Positions 26,007-36,597 of a stretch of DNA of 64,000 nt are shown here, one piece after another. Numbering within the stretch: the first letter of the stretch is position 1; each line of letters opens with the position of its first letter. Both the position numbers and the translations under genes were made by a program. The DNA is from Bugula neritina (Eukaryota; Animalia; Bryozoa). The stretch covers positions 26,349,504-26,413,503 of the forward strand of contig OZ037765.1 of NCBI GenBank assembly GCA_964035545.1. Direction: 5' to 3'. The notes under the pieces were generated by a model, which did not search any database, was not told the origin of the DNA, and saw nothing but the letters and a program-made list of their open reading frames with translations.

Positions 26007-29000
26007 CTATTTTTTTCTACCTCCCCTCTCCTTGGTTGACAGTTGTACCAAGCTATTTGGCATGAAGTTGTAGAAGGCTAGAGTATTGGAGTCTTTGATG
26101 AACATACCCTGAAGATAAATATGAAAAGGAATATAATGTCAGTTAGTACAAGATGCATCCGTTATCCTATCCCAGAGGAGCCAATTGAATACTGTAGCAA
26201 GTCACAATAAATTATCATCACCAAGATGCTGGCCTCTTGAATATCAATTCTATCTCCATAAAGCACTTTCAGCAGCACAATATCTAATGTAATAACAGTA
26301 AAGAAGCAAGAAGCTGCTTCAAGATATAGTTACTATATTTATTGTTGAAAAATCATATTGCACTTGCAACATTTGGATACAAGTTCCTAAAGTGAGCAAA
26401 TGAATTTTTACTGGTGGAAGAGAAGGGTCGAACTTATTATCACAGACTTGACTATAAGCTAAAGGCACATGCAAGTTGAATGCACTGCCCAGGGCTAAAT
26501 GTGATTAAAAGCAGTGATCAGAACCAGTAACACTCTTTTGTGTACAACTAGTCTACCTAATCCAGTATAGCTAATATCTGTAAACAATCAACATTGTTCT
26601 TTGATTATACTATTAATTATATAAGTGTATGTAGGCAGTCTACAGATAGACTGATGGACTTACATCATATTGCAACTTCTGCTTTCCAACGGGCATTCCC
26701 AGTGAACTGGACAACTTGGCTTTGATAGAGGCACACTATAATCATTAGCATATATTACAGTAGTGCAAACATGTAAGTATAGTATATAAACACTAGAGCA
26801 TAGTATAAACAATGCTATTAATGAACTGACCTGGAATTTTGCTACATCTATATATAATATCATATTGTTATTACTTTATATACACGAATGTAAGTCAATG
26901 AACTAACAAGTGATTTACAATACTAACACAATTATTTGCAACACAATCATAACAAACTTATGAGTAATTTGTATAAACTATTTGTGTTCTACAAAATCTT
27001 GCAAACAACTAGTACAACAATAACCATATCATCTATCGAGCACACCTCATGGCACCAAGTAAGCACAAATACTAAACAAGACATTACACTATAAACTTCT
27101 GCTGATTGCGATTAGATGAGAGAAGACAACTAACCGTCTCCATGGGAGAGAAGGTGAAGGACACCGTCTGGCCATTGAGATTCCACTCCGGTTTATCAGC
27201 CATCAAAGGTACCTGAACTGTAACCATCACTGGGTTCTGCAAACACAAGGCATAATTCCTCAAGGTATTTCTTGAGAATAGCAGCCGGACAATGTGAATT
27301 TAATTAGTGCTATTTTTATAGAACAGCAATTATATAGATATTAGGAAAGTAACACGAATTCATGTTGCCAAAAATGGATACTAAATAAATACTATGAAAA
27401 TTACAGAAAGCTCCAATTAAACTGTAATACAAAACTCCTCCCATTATATTCTACCAGCTGCACTTTCATAGAGCATCTTATGCTTAGCCTGCAGTGGCCA
27501 CAGTTTTTGAGGAGGGGGAGAGAGGAATTAATAAGGAATTAAAATAAAACTTTAAAGGGCATATTTGATTTGCAAAAACTTTTCAAAAATATTTCAATCA
27601 TATTGTCCCCTGTACTAGCACGCATGCCCAAACAACATCACAACCATATTACTAAGAATAATTATTATTTTATCATTGCTAGTTATATTTGAGCTATACA
27701 AAAATTCCCCTCCATACACACAGATATGGCACAACACTTTGCGTTTCACCCATTTTTAGTTTTCTTTACAGTTTGATTAGTGTTGGTTCACAATGACAAA
27801 CTAGCCAAGCATTGGAATTACTTAAAACTACGAGTTGAAGTAGAACTTTGTGCAAAAACGTATCTATGGCAGCAGATTGACAGAGCTGTCTATTAGCAAG
27901 TTGCTGCCCTGTTCTAGTGGCTTGTGGAATGAGTGCAGCATGACAGCACCACTATAACACTATACAGGTTACTACTAGCACAGAGACTCACAGGATGCGC
28001 CCCCAACCACTGGCGCTCAGGAACCAGGCTATCTTCAGTCTTGGCCTTCTTACTTGGAGGTTCATCCATGAGTGACTGTTGAGTGGGGGGTGCCATGGGC
28101 TGCACCACCACGGACGCAGGCGGCAGCACAGGCCTCAGAACCTGGGAGACGGCAGCAATACCAGCACCGAGAGGAGCGCCCAATGGCATTCCTACCGAGT
28201 ACAAAGGTTATTGAAAGAACTAGAATGTATAGCACATGAAGTTGTACAGCTGAAATGGCCAAACCAATTCATGTAACTTTTATTAGATGAATTAGTAGCA
28301 AGGTAAGCAACTATCGAGCATTTTAAGCATCTCTACATTGTATAACTTTCCTTGCTAGCCAAAGTTTGTGTATTCGATGGGAATAGGTCAACATTTTATC
28401 GGGAATTTCTTAAAAATATGCTTGCAACTAATCTAGTAAAGAAATGTGATTGTTTACATGCAGATACATAATTTTTATCTGTTCAACAAACCAGGGATAT
28501 GCCAGTATTGCAATTATTTAAACATTTTTTAACTCATTGAACTTATCATGTTTTAAACCGGCACTGGTTTTAAAAAGATGTTCCTGCAATAAACAGGTTG
28601 AGTTTCTCACAAACAGACCCTAATGTGTCTTTACTGCACACACAGCAGACGTGTTGACACAGCAGACGTGTTGACACAGCAGACGTGTTGACACAGCAGA
28701 CGTGTTGACACAGCAGACGTGTTGACATAGCAGACGTGTTGACACAGCAGACATGTTGAGCTCACCTAGCATAGGCCGAGGATTCATCATTGGCTGAGGG
28801 GGTCTCGGCTGCATCATGACAACAGGGTTGGGTCGGGGAGCCATCATCATGGCAGGTGGGGCAGGTACCCCCTGTGGGGCAAGTCCTATGACTGGAGCTA
28901 CAGCCTTAGGAGGAGGTGGAACGGCCGTAGGCTGAGGTCTGATCATCATAGCAGGGGGCGCCACCAGGCCACCCATAGACTGAGGAGCGGATATAGGCAT

Positions 29001-32000
29001 GGGAGGTGCTTGGACTGGAGCCACGGCAACATTTGTTGAAGGTACACCTGAGTCACTGGATTTATTTGACATGGAGACTGCTTTGGTCACTGCTGGCCCT
29101 ATTCGGCTTTTAGATTCATCCTCGCTACAAATGTAATATTAGGGCTTAAAACTGGTGTGCAGCTTACGTTAAATAGCTGTATATGTATGAGCATTATGGA
29201 TATAACTCTGTCACTATGTTCCCATGCTTTGAATGGATATGTGTGGGATACTCATGGATTTTTGGTTGGTTGCAGTTAACCTATGGTTGTGGTTTCATTC
29301 GATTGACACTGTCCACATGCATCTAATGAAAACTGATTCACATAATGCAAAGCATAGGGATGCAATGTGTGTAAAGCAGGTGACCATCAACAGCAAGTCA
29401 AAAGAAACAATAGAGTATAATAAACTCATCACCATCAATACAAGCAATTATAAAAGACACATTTGGCCATCATCCAGTTATTACATGATTACATGCACCA
29501 CTCAACAGTTCTATCTCTAAATGAACTTGTAGCTAGAGAAAATGTTGTTAATAATGATGAGAAGTAAATCAGCTGCAGAAGTTATGTAGACCATAGGAAT
29601 TTACTGGTTGACAGTGTGGCCAGTCTTACACATGAGATGGAAACACTGACCTACATAATTGCTCTACTATGAATATGATATATTATTAACCATTTCACTG
29701 ATGTACAGATAATTGAAAGAATGGGTTCAAATACCACATAACAGAGACATAAAAACACACACAACTGTTCCAACTGTTACGTCATTTATTACATACTAAT
29801 CTTGCTTCTAACCGACTAAAAATAGATCCAACAAAAGTAACAATGCAAATAATGGCATTCAGATGTCATTGAGAATTATTAAAGCGAAGAATGCTGCCAA
29901 TTGCCATTTTTGAAGTAAATATAGAGATTGCTGCCTCATGTCAACGCATCAAATTAAGACGTTTTGCATGCAAGCTTCTACTTACACAAGGCCTTTAGTT
30001 TGATGAATGCTCATAATCTGGTCTTCTATAGTGTACTTAGCCCTAGCTTGCTGCGACACCTTGTCCATGGATGCTGAGTGACCGTCCCAAACCACATGGT
30101 CAGACTGTCTGTGCTCCTCCTCACCAATCTGTTGAACAGGAAAATAAAACCATCAGAGGGAAGATGCAGATAAAACTTATTTTATAAGTTTAATTCTACC
30201 TTCAATAGTAGCTGGCAAATCTGCAGTACACAGTAGGAATGTGATTATACAGTAAAGTGTCAGTGTAATACAGAATGTTGAAGAACAGGCGCATACCTTT
30301 TTACCAATTTCAGCCTCTTCACCACCAACACCGAAGATATCCGTACGACGTTCTGCAATGCTCCGCAGGTTGACCTCAATATTCACCCCCGTGTCATACA
30401 CCGTTTCCTGTTCCTTCTTTTCTCTGTCCTGCCGAGCCTTCTGCTCCCTCCACTTGGGATCAAGTAAACCTATACAACAGGAAATACTATTACCAGTGAT
30501 CATCGAGTACACCATATTACAACACTTCAGTATGTTGTTAATGGAGAGCCATTCGAAGTAATAGTTGAATAGAAAGAGAAACTGTACCATTGGGAGTTGT
30601 TCTCCTATTGGCACTTCAGAACACATGAGCGTTTTAACCAGTTTCAACTAATTCAACTGTCATAAAAATAATCTACAAACTTTTGCATGCTGAAATTCAT
30701 AACACTATATGTTCAATATTAGTGTGTGTTGGTAGAACAACTCCTTCTACACTATAAATAATTTACTCAAGTAGAATTGTGGAAAGATGTGATATCTGAG
30801 TTTAACAACATTAGAAGCAGAGTGATGGTGGTATACAGTGATAAAACACATACTGATCTTCATATGCTCCTGTAGTTTATGAGCCGGGATTTTCTCTTGA
30901 GTGAGAGGAGAGATAAGGTACTGATCAGTCTCAGGGGGCGGTGCTGGCCTGGCCTGCTTCGGGTCATATGACCGTACGATGACAGCCTCATCAGGCTTTG
31001 GCAGCGGAGGCTGCCCGGCGGGCATCGGGGGCTGATGACTGGGTACTTTAGGTGGCGGCATCTCTACTTCATCGTCTGAGGCCTCATCCATGTCCTGAGT
31101 CACAGTGAATGTAATATATCAGCAGTGTGTAAAATATGTTGGCAAACCAGATACTGATGAGAACAGCGCATACAAAATAAAGATCTATGGAAATTTAAAG
31201 CTTAACAACCCTGTAAACCCACAAAATAATTAGCCAAAATAAGATTTTTACAAACTACAAGCTCTTGAATTTTAAGTAACTTTAGTTTAAACCTTATGAG
31301 TCCAATTTAAAGCACGTTTGTAATATATAAGGGTGTAACTTTCTAAAACTAGGCAATTATATCTGCACTCAGTTTAAACTGTGAATCTTGGGTGTCTGAC
31401 AGATTAGAATTGAATACCTGAGCTCCATCATCTTCCTTGTCAGACAGCTCCATTTCCACATCAGCAGCAGAAGTTGTTTTGCTTTCCTGCTTCTTACCTT
31501 TATTGTCACCCTCAGCCTTGGGAGACCCAGGCTCATTATCAAACCTCTCCTGCATAAGAACCCTGGCCCCCACCTCATCAGGAGTGGTCGGGGTAGGGAA
31601 GTGCCCGACTTCATTAGGTTGGTAGTCTACGGTCTCCACCACAACGAAGTCATGCCAGTCAATCTGGGCGTAGGCCACTGTACACAAAACACATTACAAC
31701 TAACCACAGCTTCAACAACCCGCCATTATAGTAGACGGGGAATAAGTAATAATGCTGAGTCAAACCCACATAGACTTTCCCACTACTGCAAGTACAACAT
31801 AGCATTGCCTTGTCTTACCTCTCTCCTTCTCCTTCTTCTCCTCCACCTTCTTCTTCTCCAGTTCCTGGTGCTTTGCCCACAACACTCTATTATTCACCTG
31901 TTTCAGCACCTCCTTGGGGTCACCCGCTTCTTTCTTAAGTTTTTCTGTCAAGTCTTTAGGAGGAATTAAAACCTACCAAACAACCACACTGCAAGGAATA

Positions 32001-34759
32001 TCAGTATCTGCATAGTTTGCCCTAATATACGCTAGATTTTTATCAGAGATGATAACCATTAACGACTCATAAGTTTCAATAATGTTGAACAAGCATGCAA
32101 GTATCATATAAAGAGGAGATTCGATATTTGTGGCACACGATCATAACAAGCTTTAGTTACTAGAAGCACTTCCAGTGGCAGACTTGTAGGCATTTTAATA
32201 TATTTTTTTAAATTATGCTAAAAACTAATAAATATTAATCATTACATTTTCAAAACTTTCTAGTTTCCATGATTTGTAACATCAACTATTATTCAGACAA
32301 ATTGTGATACGCTTTTATATAATAGCCACACTGCTACTCGGGGAACAGATCTGTATAAAGTAACCTATTAATCTAGAAGAGAATGTGTGCTTTACTCTAC
32401 AGCAGGTATAATTTAGAATACTTCTAGTTAGTATCACATATAAAGAAATACTTTATAATGTGTTAACAACACATGTAATATGATTGCAGTAGTAGGCATA
32501 CCTTGGTATACTGTTCCACAAGTTTAGTGAAATAGTTGAACAGACTGTGTTGAGGCCTCAGAAAATCAAATTGATAGTTTCGTTGTTCCTTATTCATAAG
32601 AGTGGTGAGAAACTGACGCCCGTTTCGGGCCACAAACTGAGCCGTCAGGCGAACAAGGTCCCTACACAAAATAACCGCAATTTATCAGGTTCATACAGGA
32701 TATGTGAGAAAATAGGTTTCAATTGCAAATTTACATAAGACTGAGTACAAGTTTCAGTGTAAGAGCTAAGCAGTACTTGTACATAACAGAACACAGTTTA
32801 TAAACTGATTTGAAAAAATACTTTCCAAAATGAAAATCATAATTTGAAGCAATAAAATACTTTTCGATCTTACAACTAAAGTTCAAAAAGCCCCAGTCTA
32901 TTATAACACTGAACATACAAGTCGAACGCAGATATGGATGGAGGGTCACATATAAACTCAGGCTCTGGGGGAGGCTCTTTGGGTACAACTGGTTCTTGAA
33001 TAATCTTAGCAGCTTCAGACGGCAGATTCCGAGGTATTGCTGAAGGTCTGAATGATGGCTGAGGGACAACATCCTGTCCTACAAAGGAGAAACAGTACAA
33101 ATTGACTCAATACTCTTGCTTCTTGAATGTTTTAAACACAGATACCAATGCTCACATTAATTATACACACTGAAACAAATAGCAGAACTCATAAAAACAT
33201 ATACTGGCGCACATATAATACAATGAGCTGATATGAAATATGTTGGCAAAGTAAAATAGTCCTGAAAATTGGAAGTTATCTTACCTTTACCCTCCCCAAA
33301 CTCCTTCACCTTATGCTGGTAGTAAGCATGGTAAGGGTCAGTTGGTGTGAGAAAGTTAAACTTAGGGTTATTGATTTCATTTGCTTTAATTCTTTCCTCA
33401 AAACTTGGACCATTTCTGGCTACAAAGCTGGCCGTCTTATCAACAATATCTTTTTAAGTTACAAGTCAAGGAAAGATAATTCAAACGTTTTACAAAGCAT
33501 AAAATTTCCATTTGAAAATATAATTGAACAATATTAACTTTGTAACAACATAAACATTTGTTTTTAGTAATATATATAACAAAAACATTATAAATTTTTC
33601 TACCTAATAGTACTTACCACTCAACTTCTCTTAGCATATCCTATTGCAACAAGGAATACCTGGTAGAATCATCTATAATTGTAGAGTCTGACAAACAAAA
33701 CACATACCTAATATAGTATAAAGTGTATAACAATGCCACACAAACACAGTATGCAGCCTACATAAACATATATGATATTGCTTTTAGCTACACGCTATAT
33801 GATGAAAAAAATAACATGCCAACTGCGAAGTTTGAAGTATTCTAGCACTAACTGCTAAGCGGGAGTTGGATGTTATTTTTTTTATTCATAAGATTATCTT
33901 TATTTTTAGACTTTTGATTAAAAATTAAATCTAAGCAATTAACAAGTTGATAGAAAATTAAGGAAACACATTTAACTCAACCATGTTTATTACAATTAAA
34001 ACTCTAGGGGTTACAGCGTTTGCCTAGTAAGCACGAAGTCCGGGTTTGAGCCCGGACAAAGGCCATTGATAATGTTAGAAAGAACATCCAGTCATAATTG
34101 CTCCTGTGCCTCATCTTAATAAGCCCTTAGCCCGATTTAACAAAAACCCCTTCCATCAGGGGTTTTCTTACAGGGATGGTGACTATAAACTTGTGTGAGT
34201 TTTTTATTACAATTTAAACTGTGCTTAATAGTCAATGTCAACCATTCTATAAAAATATATAGTCATCTAGGTTACATAATAAATATTGAATACAAGTAAT
34301 TTTAAGCAATACTAAAACAGTTACGTAATTGAATCAATATCAATCAATCAGAGCTTTTGAAAAAAACAAGCAGCAAATAATCTAAATATTCGACAGTTGG
34401 TGTAAGTAAAATAATTAATTTTATCAAAAATTATGAAAAAATGTTCACATTGTGAAATAATATTACTAATACAAAATTGAATTTGTATTAGTGACATAGT
34501 ACTAAAAATAAAGTTCCTCTTTTTAACACTCTGTAATCAACTTAAACCACCAATGATGAATCTACGCTACTGTAAAATAAAACTACATGCAAATTTCATT
34601 AAATTTTTAAATAATAACCACATCAGATTTGCAAAGGATACTTCGAACCTCAGGAGGGGGATAGATGATTCCCACCATAGGTTTGGAAATATTTTCTTGT
34701 TCATTTTGACTTTGAACCTCTGTTGTGCTTTGATTCTGGGGTGCTTCCACAGGTGGCAT
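26007..34759 (-). CDS. SF3A1: Splicing factor 3A subunit 1 (Prp21/SF3a120)
   Basis: Multi-exon gene with ATG at 34759 and stop at 26007-26009. SURP1 GIIYPPPEVRNIVDKTASFVARNG, SURP2 DLVRLTAQFVARNGRQFL..NYQFDFLRPQHSLFNYF, YAQIDWHDFVVVETVDY, LAERRTDIFG-like SIAERRTDIFG, VWDGHSAS, a Pro-rich region, and a C-terminal ubiquitin-like domain ending KERGGRKK*. Confidence 0.98.
28640..28758. repeat. 17-bp minisatellite, 7 copies, in an SF3A1 intron
   Basis: ACACAGCAGACGTGTTG x7 with two single substitutions; starts 7 nt inside the GTGAG donor at 28765. Confidence 0.95.
33450..34641 (-). other. U12-type (minor spliceosome) GT-AG intron of SF3A1
   Basis: 5' splice site GTATCCTTT at 34641; branch site TTCCTTGAC (33473-33465) about 14 nt upstream of the AG; no polypyrimidine tract (AACTTAAAAAG). 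Splicing restores PPEVR-N-IVDKTASF. Confidence 0.93.
34004..34202 (+). mobile_element. 5'-truncated tRNA-derived SINE with 18-bp target-site duplication, antisense within the SF3A1 U12 intron
   Basis: tRNA-like head CTAGGGGTTACAGCGTTTGCC..CCGGGTTTGAGCCCGG and a 3' stem-loop AAAACCCCT-TCCATC-AGGGGTTTT. Flanking direct repeats TTTATTACAATTAAAACT (33986-34003) and TTTATTACAATTTAAACT (34203-34220). Confidence 0.8.
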
Positions 34760-35419
34760 TGTACAAACTACTAAACATATTTATTACTAGTAGATAGTTA
34801 ACCTCAATAAAGGCAATTTGTAAAAGAATAAAATATCAAAATATGGTTGCAATTTTAAATTATCTATAGTGAATTAAAGAATGTATACATAAAAATGGCC
34901 AACATATAAAAAAGATATAATCTTGCTGGTTCAATCAGCAGTGATAAGCAGCTGAAGAAATGAATGAAATTAACTATTATGGTAAGAAAACCTCGAATAG
35001 ACAGACAAGCAGTAATTGGCTCTAATATCGGGCATGGTTACCATAGGTACTAGCATAAGATAAGGGTCTAGTAAAGAAAGTGGAGATAAAGTAGGAACAT
35101 CTATTAAGGCAATGTATGCAGAAAAAATATCATCCTATTAGCATTCCTAGTCCCACTCCTTTTCATAGAAAAGCAAAAAATAATCAAATTTAAGAAAATA
35201 AAACATATATGCAACTAAAGGAAGGGAACAGAAGCTGGAAAATAAAACTTCTTAGTCATAAGGTATATTATTATTTGGATTGCAAAATTACAATTATCAT
35301 TATTATCAAGATTGATACTTATTCTAATAGAGTTAAAAAATTTAAATTCAACTATACTAATACTAATAGCAATACAGAAATACTTGTAGACCTTAAGTAA
35401 GTGTATACATTACTGATTA

Positions 35420-35965
35420 CTGTAAGTGTATAGTAATAGTATTACTATTATTAGTAATACTAATAGTAATAGTCATAGTCATAGTGCCAAACCGAGACTC
35501 GCTCTTAGTTATACTTATAGTAATTAACTTATAGTTGTAGTAATACTAATAGTATTACTATATTATTATTATTTATAACATTAACTACCACTAAGACTAT
35601 GAGTATGACTATGAGTATCATTATGATTATCATTATGATTAGACAATGATAATTATTATGATTATCATAATCATAATGATAATGATAATCATAGCTGATT
35701 TTATAAACATAATGTAAATAAATTATAAGGTGATTATAATACTTTTAACGACCATCATGATTATTACCATCATGATATTGATTATCATTATGATTATGAT
35801 TATCATTATGTCTACCAGTATGACTATGAGTATGAGTAACTAACTCAATCACTATCACTATGAATATCAATATGATTATGATAATTGATAATCATAATGA
35901 TAATCATCATGATCAACAAACATTGTTCTTTAAAATGAAAATCATAATGATGATGATCATGGTGA
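35420..35965. repeat. 3/6-periodic low-complexity tract ((TAN)n / (NAT)n) upstream of the SF3A1 start codon
   Basis: Runs such as TAGTAATAGTATTACTATTATTAGTAATAC and GACTATGAGTATGACTATGAGTATCATTATGATTATCATTATGAT. Confidence 0.85.
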
Positions 35966-36039
35966 GGCTGCTGATTGAAGTTGATAATCACATTCATATT
36001 GATAAAATTATATTAATGTTCAAACAACAATAAAACCTC

Positions 36040-36597
36040 TTTGAACAATCTACCTCGCGACAATTTACGACGCACATAATTTTTTCTATTCACCTCGGAC
36101 AGTCCCGCTGTTGCCGCTACCAATTTGGGTAAAGTTGAAAAGACAACTCTGGTGTAAACAATGATCTGCAAAGTTACAACTATTGAAGTAAAGCTCCTAT
36201 GGGAGTTATGTCTCATTGGTTACAGCCATTGAAATAGAATTCTATAATATAAGTTATATAATGTAACTGAAATCTGACATGCATTATTGCTACTAAAAAC
36301 AAGTCGGCTATAATATTATAGAGTTGCTTTTTTTATAAAAAAACAACTCCATAATAAGTAGTTTTATTTACAGTAGTAAGAAGTATTGGGCTCGAGCGTC
36401 AAGGTTGGTCGGTCACGGCTGCTGACCGTCCAATAAAATCATGAACGCTAGTCGAGGCGTAGGTCAACCAACCCAACAAGAAAATTCAAAACGTACGCTT
36501 TTAAGCTAATTTTTCAACTAAGCACCAGAATGAATGAAGAGTCAAAGCGCCTCAACGCAGAAAGTTGATTATATAATCTCATGCCAACCTGGTAAAT
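36040..36597. promoter_or_regulatory. Putative bidirectional promoter region SF3A1/UROD
   Basis: Lies between divergently oriented genes and is locally CpG-enriched against a CpG-poor background. Has a CCAAT (~36430) and a candidate SF3A1 5'-UTR donor GAG|GTAGAT on the - strand near 36054. TSS positions are not observable. Confidence 0.55.

Noticed and set aside
26139-26221. Possible C/D snoRNA on the - strand in the last SF3A1 intron (GTGATGA ... CTGA, ~83 nt)
   Set aside because: No terminal stem, and the CTGA directly abuts the intron's TACTAAC branch point, a position unsuited to an intronic snoRNA.
29280-29310. Possible 28-nt stop-containing poison exon in an SF3A1 intron (- strand)
   Set aside because: Weak splice signals and no supporting evidence; the flanking exons join in frame without it.
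36408-36432. Small GC-rich hairpin upstream of UROD considered as an iron-responsive element
   Set aside because: The loop is not CAGUGN and there is no bulged C; the stem is short enough to be chance.
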